This document shows positions 26,678 to 37,093 of a DNA stretch of 45,395 nucleotides, piece by piece. A program made the translations under genes and the position numbers. Position 1 is the first letter of the stretch, and each line of letters opens with the position of its first letter. The notes beneath the pieces are model-generated. The model did no database searches. It saw only the letters and a list, made by a program, of their open reading frames with translations, and was not told where the DNA came from. The DNA is from Planctomycetota bacterium (GTDB lineage: Bacteria; Planctomycetota; SZUA-567; H5-PLA8), in the NCBI GenBank assembly GCA_038227875.1, contig JBBRPR010000063.1, positions 1-45,395 of the forward strand, in the 5' to 3' direction.

Positions 26678-29155
26678 GTGAACACGCTCCCCAAAATCGC
26701 AGCGCTCGTTCTGTGCCTTTCGGCGCTCACCACCCACGCCGCCGAAACGCGGCACGATGTCCCCAAAGCGCACCCGCGCCTCTTCGGCAGCGCCGCGACG
26801 CTCCAGACCCTCGCGCAGGCCCGGCCGCTGGCCTACAAACACACCGCCGAATTCGCCCACCACGGCAAGAACTACCGCGACTACGAAGAACTCCGCGCCC
26901 CCGCCAGCGCCCTGGTCTACGCCATCGAACACGACAAGGACGCCGGACGCAGCGCCATCGACTTCGTGATGAAAACCTGCGTCACGCAGCCGATCAAGGT
27001 CGGCCACATTCCCTTCGGCTCCGACCTGGCCCAATGCGCGATGGTCTACGACCTCTGCTTCGATCTCTGGACGGCCGACGAGAAAGCCAAGTTCATCGAA
27101 TACATGAACAAGACCGTCGACCAGAACGTCGGCTCCGAAACCAGCACCTTCCACAACGGTTTCTACGGTTACAAAAACTGGGGCATCGGCCTGGCCTGCT
27201 ACGCGACCTACTACGAGAACCCCAAGGCGCCCGGTTATCTCAAGACGCTGGAACAGGATGTCCGCGCCCGCGCCGAACCGGCGCTGGAACAGGCCGGCGA
27301 CGGCGGCGGCTGGGCCGAAGGCCACTACATTCACTACTGGAACCTGGAATGGGAAATCTTTTGCGAGGTCGCACGGACCTGCGAAGGCATCGACTACTAC
27401 GCCCACGCGCCGAAATTCTTCCGCAACCGCGCCATCGCCAGTATGTTCGAAATGTTCCCCGGCGCCGAACCCTCGCAGCTCAACTGCCCCATCCCCATGG
27501 GCGACGGCGGCAGCGGCAACTACGGCGGCTTCAGCGAGAAAATCCTGACCGCCCGGCGCATCCTCTGCAACTACTACCGCGACGACCCGGCCCATCAATG
27601 CATCAACAGCTACAACGAACTCGTCCCCGGCATGGACATCCCCGAATACGCGTACATGGACTTCCTCTTCCACGACCCCTCGGTGCCGAAGGGCAATCTC
27701 AAATCCTTCAAGCTCTCGCACTGCAGCCCCGGTCCCGGCAACGTCTACGCGCGGAGCTCCTGGGAACACGACGCGACCTATCTCTACTTCAAATGCGGCG
27801 ACCGCTTCACCGCCCACCAGCACCTCGATGTCGGCTCCTTCACCGTCTTCAAAAACACGCCGCTAGCCATCCCCGGCGGCTTCTACGACGACTTCGCCGG
27901 CAACCACGCCTGCAACTACTACACGCGCACGATCGCCACCAACTCCATGCTGATCTTCGATCCGTCCGAGAAATTCCCCGACGGCATCCGCGCCGGTCCC
28001 AAGAGCTTCAACGACGGCGGCCAGGCCTACCCGCTGCCCAAGGGCTGGGGCCAGAACTGGGGCGCGCTCGATCCGGCCGAACGCGAGAAGAATTTCAAGA
28101 ACATGGACACCGGCGATCTCCTCGCCTTCGACGACCAGGGCTCGTTCCTCTACACCGCCGGCGACTGCACCAAAGCCTACGCGCCCACCAAGTGCGACTT
28201 CTTCACCCGCCAGATCGTCTTCATTCGACCCGACACGATCGTGATCTTCGACCGCGTACAGTCGAAGAACGCCAACTTCAAATAGACCTTCCTGCTCCAC
28301 ACCATGAAAACGCCGTCGGGCACCGCACCGAATCTCGTGGAGGTCAACGGCAAAGGCAAACTCTTCATCCAGACGCTGCTGCCCGCCGGAGCGGAGGTGA
28401 AACTCAACACGGGCAAGAATCTCTACGCGTACAACGGCAGCGAAGGCCCGGTCGCCCCCGCTCGGCTCCCCGATCCCGCCTCCGCCAACATTCCCGAATG
28501 CCGCCTCGAAGTCTCACCCAAGTCCGCCGCCGCCACCGACTACTTCCTCCACGTTCTCACCACCGGCGACGAAAACGCCGCGCAGCCGCCGCTGCCGGAT
28601 TGCAAAGTCACCGGCAGCGAGGTCGCGCTGACGATCGGCACCACGCACCTGCACTTCAAAACCGGCTCCGTGGGCGGCGCGATCGAGATCGGCGGATCGA
28701 AATTCGAACTCGCCAGCCGCATCGCCATCCAACCGCTGCCCCCAGTCCACGCCGCGAGCTCCCTGGCGGCGGCCAACGCTCCCGCCGATACCGCCGCCTC
28801 TCCCGCGAAGCCGAAAGACGAAATCTCCGGCGACGACAAAGCCGCTGCGGAAAAGCGCTACGCGGAACTCAAAACCGCCGTGATCCAGGGCGCGTCCAGC
28901 GGCAAGAAGATGCCGGCCGTCGTGGACCTCTACGGCGCGCCCACCGACGTCAAAGTCGCCGGCGCCGACGAGAAAGCGCTCGCCGTCGCCGTCGAAGGAC
29001 TCCCCGACAGCATCAAGATCCCCTGGGAGAAAATCGACGCCGCGCACTTCTACCAGGTCGCCCGACGCTACAGCGACGATCACAAAGCGCTCTTCGATTA
29101 CTGCGTAGGTTCCGGTTTACGAAAGGAGGCTGACATAGAAGCGTCCAAACGCTGA
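26678..29155 (+). pseudogene. Secreted heparinase II/III-like (polysaccharide lyase fold) protein interrupted by one in-frame TAG at 28283-28285
   Basis: Signal peptide. 'GGGWAEGHY', 'YARSSW...YFKCGDRFTAHQHLDVGSF', 'FTRQIVFIRPDTIVIFDRV'. After the TAG the same frame continues TFLLHTMKTP...'YFLHVL' to TGA 29155. ORFs 26678-28285 and 28304-29155 are in frame. Confidence 0.8.
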
Positions 29156-29255
29156 TGATTCACGGCATTTCGAAAGAGAAAAGGATTGTGTGCAATCCCG
29201 TCCCGCATAAGATCCCAACCTGCGCCGCGCTCACCTCCACAGGTACTCTGCCCTT

Positions 29256-30701
29256 ATGACCTCGCGCATACTTCCCCTCGTCGCTTTCACTGCACTACTC
29301 CACTTCGCCGGCCACACAGAAGACGCGGTCCCCATCCCGGAGCTCAAACGCTGGGAAGAGAACATGATCAAGTACGGGGAAGCGCACAAGGATGAGCGGG
29401 CCTCAGGCATTATGCCCGAGCAATTTGTGTATTACTACGACGGCGAATGGGTCTTCTTTCAGATCGCCGACTACACGAAGAATCCCAAGTTCATCGAGTA
29501 CGCGCACAACTGCCAGGAGACCTACCGCGGTCATGTCTTTGCCGAAAGTGGAAAGCTCCCAGGACACCGCATTTTTCCCCATGGTCTCTACGAGGACTAC
29601 AAACGCTTCAAGGATGAAAAGTCGAAGGAAGCCCTCATGTTGCTGGTCACCGCTCCGATTTGGGCTCCGGGACACCCGATCGATGGTGGCGCTCCAGAAA
29701 CTGGCGCGTGCCGCGAGGATGCGTACATGCTGATGACCATGCTCGACGTGGAGAAACTGGGCGTAAAGATGCCGCGGATCGAACACGGAGTGAAGTGCGG
29801 CCTGTCGATCCTTGAACAGTATGCGGTAAGCAAGACGGCGAAGGAAATTCAGCCCTTCATGACGGGGCTGATGGCTGAGGCGCTGATCCAGTACGCCGAA
29901 CAGCGCAACGCCTCCGCGGAGATCGTGCCGCCCCTGACCGTGTTCGCCGACTGGCTCTGGGAGCAGTGCTGGGTGGAGAAGGACTCCGCCTTTTGCTACA
30001 AGCGTGAAAATCTAAATGAGGCCGGAGGCGTCGCCAAAGAGGGCACCGCGGATCTGAACCTGCTGATTGCGCCGCTGTACGCGTGGCTCTACAAAAAGAC
30101 CGGCGAGGTACGATTCCGCGTGCGTGGAGACCAGGCCTTCGCCGGCGGCGTGAAAGGCGCGTGGCTGGAGAAGGGCAAGTGCTTCAGCCAGAATTACCGC
30201 TGGAGTTTCTCCTATGTAAAATGGCGCCGCGAAGGACCGGAGAAGAACGCCACGGCAGCGCCGGCAAAGGCACCCATCGCCGCAAAAGCAGCCACTGCCG
30301 CTCCCTCTGTAGCTGTGGCGCCCGCCATTCCCGCAGCTGCGCCAACGGATCCCGCGCCCTACCGCGCCGCCGTCGAAGCGAACTTGAAAAAGAACGCCAA
30401 AATCAAGAAGGGCGATAAGGTCATGGTTCAAGCGTTTAAACAGGAAATGGGGGTCAGCAGCATCACTGAAAACGGCGTGAGCGTGATGATCGACAACAAC
30501 GAAATGCCGCTGCGTTGGAAAGATCTGGCCAACGAGGACATCGTGCGCCTCGCGGCCCTGTATTGCACCGACGCCGACGGTCTGTTCAACGGCGGTGCCC
30601 TGGCCGCAGCCCTGAAACTGAGCAGCCAACAGGACAAATTCCTCGAACGCCTTGCGGGTGTCGATCCCGCCAGGGCAACAGAACTTGGAAAGATGAAGTA
30701 A
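29256..30701 (+). CDS. Secreted hypothetical protein (possible alpha/alpha-toroid enzyme) with Ala/Pro linker and C-terminal domain
   Basis: Signal peptide. Aromatic-rich helical core ('YYYDGEWVFFQIADYT', 'DLNLLIAPLYAWLYKKTG'). Linker 'ATAAPAKAPIAAKAATAAPSVAVAPAIPAAAP'. Confidence 0.75.
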   Translation: MTSRILPLVAFTALLHFAGHTEDAVPIPELKRWEENMIKYGEAHKDERASGIMPEQFVYYYDGEWVFFQIADYTKNPKFIEYAHNCQETYRGHVFAESGKLPGHRIFPHGLYEDYKRFKDEKSKEALMLLVTAPIWAPGHPIDGGAPETGACREDAYMLMTMLDVEKLGVKMPRIEHGVKCGLSILEQYAVSKTAKEIQPFMTGLMAEALIQYAEQRNASAEIVPPLTVFADWLWEQCWVEKDSAFCYKRENLNEAGGVAKEGTADLNLLIAPLYAWLYKKTGEVRFRVRGDQAFAGGVKGAWLEKGKCFSQNYRWSFSYVKWRREGPEKNATAAPAKAPIAAKAATAAPSVAVAPAIPAAAPTDPAPYRAAVEANLKKNAKIKKGDKVMVQAFKQEMGVSSITENGVSVMIDNNEMPLRWKDLANEDIVRLAALYCTDADGLFNGGALAAALKLSSQQDKFLERLAGVDPARATELGKMK

Positions 30702-30729
30702 CCAACGCAGAAAGGAGACCCAGGACCGA

Positions 30730-32028
30730 TCAGTAAACGCGCTCATCGGCATCCGGCGGCATCGGAGGAACAGTCGACGACTCCACGCCACTCACATTCA
30801 CCCGCACCGGATCGATCCAGCGCAACAACTGCTCGCGGTAGAGACTGACCAGCATCCCCAGCATCAAAAACAGGAAACCCATCGCGCTGCTCAACAGCGC
30901 CTTGAAATGCGGAATGCGCCCCCGCGAGTGCGATGCCCAGGCCCAGACCGGCGCGATGCCCGGACTGAGCAGCCCCAGGTAAAACGCGGATACGCCGGTG
31001 GCTCTGGCCAACACCACATACCCGATGACACACGCCAGCCACACCTGCATCGCCACGCTGAACGGCAGTTCCCAATTCCACAATCCGTCCGGCGAAGCCC
31101 GTTCGCCCCAGAGCAACTGCAGCACAAACACCTGAGCCACCAGCAGCGACGTGGTCCAGAAACCCAGCCTCTTCCGCCGCTGCCAGCGCATCAGCACCAC
31201 CGCCGTCGCCAAGACGCAAAGCGCCGGATACGCCAACCGCGATTCACCCGGCCGATCAAAAACCCAATCTGCAGCCATCAGATGAACCATGCTCGTTCCC
31301 AGCGTCACCACCAGCGCCCACACGCCACACCAGCGCGTCTCCATCGGATCACTAGGCTCTTCAACCTCATCCGGACCAGATCGCGAAGTAATCTTTAGAG
31401 GAACCGGATCAACATGCTCACTCCAGATCAACCACAGCAACGGCAGAATCGACAACCATCCGGCCATCCAGCCGATGCCCTGCAGCGCCGGTTTGCCGAA
31501 CGCGAATGCCAGTCGCGGATCACCCAACAACGGCGAGATGCCGTGACCAACAATGATCGCAATGATGCACAGTCGGTACCTGCGCGGCAGAAAGATTCCC
31601 GGCAACCGCGAGTAGATCCAGAGCTTTCCGAACGCCAACGCCATGGCGATGAGCGCCAACAGAATCCCGAGCGTCGGCGTGATCGCGATCTGTTCGTCCA
31701 AGGCCAAAAACGAGCCGCTCAGAAAAAGCTCCGCGACGATCATCAACCCGTGCAGGTCGCGTCCGCCGCCGTGGCGACGCTTCAGGATTACACTCGCGAC
31801 CAGCAGGATCGCCACTTCGTAAACATGGAGCAGCGCCAGACTGGCGAGCACCCCGCCCTCTTTGCCGATCTGCGGATCGATTTCGACATTCAATTGCAAG
31901 ACGCCATACGCCAACAGTGCGGCGCTGATCACGAACATCGGATTGGCGCGGATGCATTCACGCAGCACCCAGCGGTAAAGTCCGAAGCGATTGATGTAGT
32001 CGGTGTGGCTGCTGAGCACATGAGCCAT
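30730..32028 (-). CDS. Polytopic membrane protein of unknown function
   Basis: More than 10 hydrophobic segments, 'NPMFVISAALLAYGV'. GGAGG RBS before ATG 32028. Confidence 0.75.
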   Translation of the reverse strand: MAHVLSSHTDYINRFGLYRWVLRECIRANPMFVISAALLAYGVLQLNVEIDPQIGKEGGVLASLALLHVYEVAILLVASVILKRRHGGGRDLHGLMIVAELFLSGSFLALDEQIAITPTLGILLALIAMALAFGKLWIYSRLPGIFLPRRYRLCIIAIIVGHGISPLLGDPRLAFAFGKPALQGIGWMAGWLSILPLLWLIWSEHVDPVPLKITSRSGPDEVEEPSDPMETRWCGVWALVVTLGTSMVHLMAADWVFDRPGESRLAYPALCVLATAVVLMRWQRRKRLGFWTTSLLVAQVFVLQLLWGERASPDGLWNWELPFSVAMQVWLACVIGYVVLARATGVSAFYLGLLSPGIAPVWAWASHSRGRIPHFKALLSSAMGFLFLMLGMLVSLYREQLLRWIDPVRVNVSGVESSTVPPMPPDADERVY

Positions 32029-32121
32029 GCGCGAGTCCTCCGGAGAGGAATACTCTCTCAGGAGGCTACGCACCGCGTGCAGGTGCGGTTTGATGGTTCT
32101 TCGAAAAAGCGCGAAAGACGA

Positions 32122-34089
32122 TTACTTCTTCGCCGAAATTTCCGGACCATCGACAGTGCGCCCTTCAAAACCTGCCGAATCGAAATACCGCGTCGCTCCA
32201 AGCTGTTGATAACGCAGATACGAAATCAGGCCGCCAGCAGATGCGGCGGATTTCTCGACGCCGCGAGTCGCCAGCGGAGCTTCCGGCCCGCCTTTCAACG
32301 CCTCGCCGATCACGCGGCCCATCAGCTTCCCTTTAGAGGGGAGCTGGAGATGCAGTATAGACGTGAGCGTGACCGCCACGTCGGCGTTGCTCACGGGTGC
32401 GGAATCGGTGAAGGCGACTTTAAAATCCGGCCCGATCGCCGCCATGTTGTTGTACGTATCGCCACGGCCGAAACTGCCATGCATCCCCTGCCCCTGCTGC
32501 AGCACGTAGTCGGCGATCTCAACGCAGGTGTTCACCGGATCGTTGGGATCAGTCGCGAAGGTGCGAAAGTTCACCACGATGCTCGGCACCGGCAGCAGCG
32601 ACGAGCCCTTAAGATTGATCGTGCTCAGCGGCAGCGCACCGGGGATCGGTCCGTACTCATCGTCGATGAAAATCCCGCTGACGTAATCCTGCTGCGCCAG
32701 AAAGTCGACGAGCTTCGCGACGAGTTTCGCATCCTTCGACGGCACCCAGATCAGATCCGAGCCGCCGTTGGCTCCGATGACGACTTGAGCCGTCGTGGGC
32801 GCCGCGATTTTCGCCGCGCTCTCGTCGCCGAGCAGCGCGTCGCCCAGTTTCGGATGCTTGCCGGCCGTGGGATCGATCGGCATGTAGAGGGACTGTCCGA
32901 CGTTCTGCGCATCGGGAACCTGCTGGTCCGGGTCGAAGAGTTTCAGGTTGAGAAAATGCGCGAGGTCGATGGCCAGAAATCCCGGTGGCAGAAATCCCGT
33001 ATTTACATCCTTGTACGCCAGCGTCGCCGCGTAGCTCTTGGTGAAGTTCGTGCCCGTCGCGTCGAGATCGTGGCGGCTGATCGTACTGAAACCGTGGTCG
33101 GCGGTGACGAACACGTCGGTCGAATCGGCAAGCCCGGTTTCGTTGAGGTAATCGAGAATCTGCTTCAAATTCGCGTCGCCATTCTTCACCGCGGCCTTCG
33201 ACGTATCTCCATTAATTCCTGGCACGAGTTTATTCAAACTGTCGCCTTGATTGTGCTGCGTCCCGTCCGGATCGCGCGACCAGTAGACCGCGACGAACGG
33301 TTTACCATTCTGCTTGAACGATGGCAGCACCGCCTTCGTCAGCGCATTCACGAAGAACTGCTGCTGCTCGACATTCGCCGACAGCGTGCCGGGCTTCTCG
33401 TTCGTGCCTTTCTCGCCGTTCGGTCCTCGAGCCGGCGTGGCCTCCTCCAGTTGCGCCGCTTTCAGCGCGGCCTTCATCGCGTCGCTCAGCGGCACGCCGC
33501 CCTCGTGGCCGGTCGTGTCGTCGATAATGACAGTGGCTGGCACAGGCACGACGCCGTCCTTCGGGTTGCCCTGCGTCACGTCCTGAATCAGCGTCGGTCC
33601 GAGCTTCCCAATCGCCGCCGTGTTGAAACCATTCGCGCGCGCGAAGGCCAGCAGCGTCTCCTCATCGAGAAAATTCTGGCCGGGGAAATGTTCGTCGACG
33701 TCGCCTTCAACCTGATCGTCCTCGAGAAACGGCGTGATCGTCCCCGGCTTCTTGCCCGTGAAGCTCCCTTTGTCGAAGACCGGAAATCCCGTGAACACAT
33801 AATTTCCAAACACCGACGTGTCGCCCAGGTAGTGCCCCGTCGCAATCGCGGAGGAGTTGGGCATCGTCAGTGTCGGAAGCAGGCTGTGGCTGTTGACGAA
33901 ATTCACGCCCTTCGTACGGACCGCGAACAACGTCGGCGCCCGATCGGCGGTTACCGAACCCGGACGCAAACCATCCGCGACAAAAATGATGACATTGCGG
34001 CGCGGCGCTGGATCGCCGTCCGCTCCGAGCACAATCCCGGAAAAGGCGAATGCAACAATACTGCCCAGCACAGCGGAAAATTTGCGCAT
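32122..34089 (-). CDS. Alkaline phosphatase superfamily (nucleotide pyrophosphatase/phosphodiesterase-type) exported protein
   Basis: 'IIFVADGLR', nucleophile region 'PTLTMPN', 'DPDGTQH', 'VTADHGFST', 'GMHGSF'. Signal peptide. Confidence 0.9.
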   Translation of the reverse strand: MRKFSAVLGSIVAFAFSGIVLGADGDPAPRRNVIIFVADGLRPGSVTADRAPTLFAVRTKGVNFVNSHSLLPTLTMPNSSAIATGHYLGDTSVFGNYVFTGFPVFDKGSFTGKKPGTITPFLEDDQVEGDVDEHFPGQNFLDEETLLAFARANGFNTAAIGKLGPTLIQDVTQGNPKDGVVPVPATVIIDDTTGHEGGVPLSDAMKAALKAAQLEEATPARGPNGEKGTNEKPGTLSANVEQQQFFVNALTKAVLPSFKQNGKPFVAVYWSRDPDGTQHNQGDSLNKLVPGINGDTSKAAVKNGDANLKQILDYLNETGLADSTDVFVTADHGFSTISRHDLDATGTNFTKSYAATLAYKDVNTGFLPPGFLAIDLAHFLNLKLFDPDQQVPDAQNVGQSLYMPIDPTAGKHPKLGDALLGDESAAKIAAPTTAQVVIGANGGSDLIWVPSKDAKLVAKLVDFLAQQDYVSGIFIDDEYGPIPGALPLSTINLKGSSLLPVPSIVVNFRTFATDPNDPVNTCVEIADYVLQQGQGMHGSFGRGDTYNNMAAIGPDFKVAFTDSAPVSNADVAVTLTSILHLQLPSKGKLMGRVIGEALKGGPEAPLATRGVEKSAASAGGLISYLRYQQLGATRYFDSAGFEGRTVDGPEISAKK

Positions 34090-34181
34090 GCGTCGAATAC
34101 TCCAGTCGGCAATGTGAATAGCGATCAGGCTACGAAGCCTCCGTTAACAACTCATGTAGCGCGTGCAAATAATGTGTGTAC

Positions 34182-35132
34182 CTACCGGCGCGGAATCTCG
34201 ATGCCGAGGAAATCTTCCGCCGCCACCACTTCTCCTGAGAAGACGCTCTTCGCCTCCGCCACGAGATCGGCGACTTTCTTCGCCTCAGGATCGACCTGCT
34301 CGTACCGCGCGCTGATGTGCGTGATCGCCAGCTTGCGCGCGTTCGCCGCTGCCGCAAAGCGCCCCGCGTCGGCCGCCGTCGAATGGCGGTGCTCCTTGGC
34401 CTGCGCGCCGTCGGTGCTGCCCAGAAAGGTGGCTTCATGAACGATGAAGTCCGCATCCATAGCCAGCGGCAATGCCGCCGAACCGTCGCACGTGTCGCTC
34501 ATCAGCACGACTTTACGCCCGGCGCGTGGCGGATCGACCAGCGTGGCACCGTCGATCTCGCGGCCGTCGGCGAGCGTCACCTTCTCGCCTTTTTTCAAGC
34601 GGCCAAAGAGCGGCCCCGGCGGCAGGTTCAGTCGCTGCGCTTCCTCAATTCGAAAACGCCCGGCCTGCGGCTTCTCGTCGACGACATACGAAATCGTCTG
34701 CCCGGCGTGAACGACCTCCACGCCACGCACCGCAAACTCCGTGTCCTCAAATACCACGTTCGGACCCGGCGATGGAATTTCATGGACCGTCAGCGTGTAC
34801 GGCAAATAAAGCCCGCACGTTTTTCGCACCGCGCCGAGCAACTCGTTAATGCCGCGCGGACCATAAATATCGAGCGGTTCCTGAGCACCCTGCAGCGCGC
34901 GCGAGGCGAGGAGGCCCGGCAGTCCGAAACAGTGATCGCCATGGAGATGCGTGATGAAAATCCGGCGCAACTTCGGCAGCGTGAAACTCGAGCGCAGTAC
35001 TTGATGCTGCGTCCCCTCGCCACAATCGAACAGCCACCATTCGGAACGCTGATCCGGCTGCAACGCCAATGCCGAAACATTTCGCCGCCGCGTCGGCGTG
35101 GCCGAACTGGTGCCGAGAAACGTGATTTTCAT
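34182..35132 (-). CDS. rnz: Ribonuclease Z
   Basis: 'FLGTSSATPT', 'LFDCGEGTQ', 'ITHLHGDHCFGLPG', exosite 'PPGPLFGRLKKG', 'HEATF', 'HST', 'THISARY'. Confidence 0.95.
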   Translation of the reverse strand: MKITFLGTSSATPTRRRNVSALALQPDQRSEWWLFDCGEGTQHQVLRSSFTLPKLRRIFITHLHGDHCFGLPGLLASRALQGAQEPLDIYGPRGINELLGAVRKTCGLYLPYTLTVHEIPSPGPNVVFEDTEFAVRGVEVVHAGQTISYVVDEKPQAGRFRIEEAQRLNLPPGPLFGRLKKGEKVTLADGREIDGATLVDPPRAGRKVVLMSDTCDGSAALPLAMDADFIVHEATFLGSTDGAQAKEHRHSTAADAGRFAAAANARKLAITHISARYEQVDPEAKKVADLVAEAKSVFSGEVVAAEDFLGIEIPRR

Positions 35133-35232
35133 GAGAGCAGTTTATACGGGAGACAATGTAGCGCGCAACCCGTTGCCAAAACTGACACTCGTTCTCATAG
35201 GTGCGAATGGCAGGAACCGATTGCCGTAATTT

Positions 35233-35248
35233 CGGCATCCATATTGCA
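35233..35248 (+). promoter_or_regulatory. Sigma54 (-24/-12) promoter for the heme-c MCP
   Basis: CGGCATCCATATTGCA has GG-N10-GC with TTGCA, ~50 bp upstream of ATG 35301. Confidence 0.6.
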
Positions 35249-35300
35249 ATGCTTTCGCTTGGGTCTTGAAATGAGACAGTCACCGTAATGGAGAACTCAA

Positions 35301-37025
35301 ATGAAACTCGACCTCCGATGGAAAATGGCACTCGTGGTGATCAGCGCCATCACTATCATCACCACCTATTTCTATTTTCAATCCGCTGCACAGATTCGCA
35401 ATCAGTATCAAGAGAAAGCGCGCTGCGTTGCGTTGTCCGCGGAGAGCACGCGAGACAATATGGCGAAGAAGTGGGACCTTGGAATCTTCACCGTCGAACA
35501 GCTGGCGCAGTGGGCCAAAGAAGGAAAGGAAGATAAGGTACTCAGTTCCGTCCCCGTGGTTTCAGCGTGGCAGAGTGCCATGGCGAAGTCGAAGGAAGGC
35601 AACTACACCTTCAAAACGCCCAAGTTCCATCCCCGGAATTCGAAGAACGAACCCGACGAGCTTGAAACCAAGGTGCTCCATCTTTTCGAGAAGGACAATC
35701 TGACGGAGTATTCCGAAGTCGACCGGCAGATCAATGCCATCCGTTATTTCCGGCCCGTCCGTCTCACCCAGGATTGCATGATCTGTCACGGCGATCCCGC
35801 CAGCTCCGAAAAGCTGTGGGGCAATTCCAAAGGCCTGGATGTCACTGGCTCTCCGATGGAGAACTGGAAGGTCGGCGAGGTTCACGGCGCGTTTGAAGTG
35901 GTACAGTCGCTCGATGAATCGGACCGCGCCACGCTGATCGCCTTCGGCACCGCCGCCGGAATGGCGCTGATCCTCGCCATCCTCTCGACGCTGCTGCTCT
36001 TCCGCTTCACCATGAAAGATGTCGTCATTCCCATTCGCAATGTCGTCACCGAGCTCAACAACGTGGTCGCCTCGATGCGGGACACCGCTACACAGGTCGC
36101 CAGCGCAGCCGGACAAGTAGCGGAGTCCAGCCAGGATCTCGCATCCGGGGCCAATGAACAAGCGTCGTCTCAGGAAGAGACCTCCGCGTCGCTGGAAGAA
36201 ATGTCCAGCATGACGCGACAGATGGCCGATCATGCCAGGGACGCCAATGCCTGCTCGATGACCGCGATGAAGAGCGCCGAAGGCGGCAAGCAGGCCATGA
36301 CGCGCATGATCGAAGCGATTCAGGAGATTCAGAAGTCGTCGAGCGCCACCGCCAAAATCGTGAAGACCATTGATGAGATTGCGTTTCAAACCAATCTCCT
36401 GGCGCTCAATGCCGCCGTGGAAGCCGCGCGCGCAGGAGACGCGGGAAAAGGGTTTGCCGTGGTCGCCGAAGAGGTCCGCAGTCTTGCCCTGCGCTCGGCA
36501 GAAGCAGCCAAACAGACGGCCGCGATGATCGAGCAATCTCAAAGCAAGGCTCAAAACGGTGTGCGAGTGTCCGATGAAGTGTCCAAAATCCTGGACGAAA
36601 TTGTTGCCGCCTCCGCCAAAGTTTCACAGATGAACGCGGAAGTGACGTCGGCCAGCGAACAGCAATCCAAAGGCATCTCACAGATCAATCTGGCGATGAC
36701 GCAGATGGAGAAAGTAACTCAGAGCAACGCCGCCAGCGCTGAAGAGTCCGCATCGGCCAGCGAGGAACTCTCGGCCCAGGCTCACGAACTGACCGGGCTG
36801 GTCTCGCACATCGCCGGCATCGCCGAGCAGGCTCGAAGCACCTGCGAAATGGGCGCGAAGTCCGACGCGGAAGTTCCGTCCAAGCCAGCTGCCGAAGCCC
36901 GGGTATCCGCAGAGAAAGTCCAGACCGCGCAAAAGTCTAACGCCATGCGGCAACCCGCCGATGAACCGCCCATCGCCAATGGCACAAACCGGATCGGAAA
37001 GCATTTCACCGGGTTGAAGCGCTAG
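35301..37025 (+). CDS. Methyl-accepting chemotaxis protein with periplasmic c-type heme (DUF3365/Tll0287-like) sensor domain
   Basis: TM1, '[12 protein letters not shown]', '[18 protein letters not shown]' (CXXCH), '[12 protein letters not shown]', TM2, and MCP signature '[37 protein letters not shown]'. Confidence 0.92.
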   Translation: MKLDLRWKMALVVISAITIITTYFYFQSAAQIRNQYQEKARCVALSAESTRDNMAKKWDLGIFTVEQLAQWAKEGKEDKVLSSVPVVSAWQSAMAKSKEGNYTFKTPKFHPRNSKNEPDELETKVLHLFEKDNLTEYSEVDRQINAIRYFRPVRLTQDCMICHGDPASSEKLWGNSKGLDVTGSPMENWKVGEVHGAFEVVQSLDESDRATLIAFGTAAGMALILAILSTLLLFRFTMKDVVIPIRNVVTELNNVVASMRDTATQVASAAGQVAESSQDLASGANEQASSQEETSASLEEMSSMTRQMADHARDANACSMTAMKSAEGGKQAMTRMIEAIQEIQKSSSATAKIVKTIDEIAFQTNLLALNAAVEAARAGDAGKGFAVVAEEVRSLALRSAEAAKQTAAMIEQSQSKAQNGVRVSDEVSKILDEIVAASAKVSQMNAEVTSASEQQSKGISQINLAMTQMEKVTQSNAASAEESASASEELSAQAHELTGLVSHIAGIAEQARSTCEMGAKSDAEVPSKPAAEARVSAEKVQTAQKSNAMRQPADEPPIANGTNRIGKHFTGLKR

Positions 37026-37051
37026 TTTGGAGGTGAGCCGTTAGGCCAAGC

Positions 37052-37077
37052 TGGAGGATTGGAGGATTGGAGGATTG
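37052..37077. repeat. Short tandem repeat (TGGAGGAT)x3 between convergent genes
   Basis: CTGGAGGATTGGAGGATTGGAGGATTGA. Confidence 0.7.
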
Positions 37078-37093
37078 ATCGCCGGCTGCGCAA

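Noticed and set aside
28283..28285. Genome-wide TAG reassignment
   Set aside because: TAG terminates rnz (34182), the heme-c MCP (37025) and the DUF4097 gene (40104) at plausible C-termini.
26713..29133. 806-aa alternative-frame ORF spanning the amber codon
   Set aside because: Arg/Pro-rich product typical of an off-frame read of a GC3-biased gene. The lyase motifs are all in the 26678 frame, so this is not a bypass of the stop.
28304..29155. Independent 283-aa gene
   Set aside because: In frame with the upstream ORF, begins mid-domain, and lacks an RBS and signal peptide. Treated as the 3' part of one interrupted gene.
31414..34440. 1008-aa plus-strand ORF
   Set aside because: Antisense to three well-supported minus-strand genes, with no domain signal.
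35140..35230. Possible c-di-GMP-I riboswitch upstream of the MCP
   Set aside because: Only a vague 3' resemblance (ATGGCAG...TTGCCG). The GGCAAA/GAAA/GACGCAAAG core is absent.
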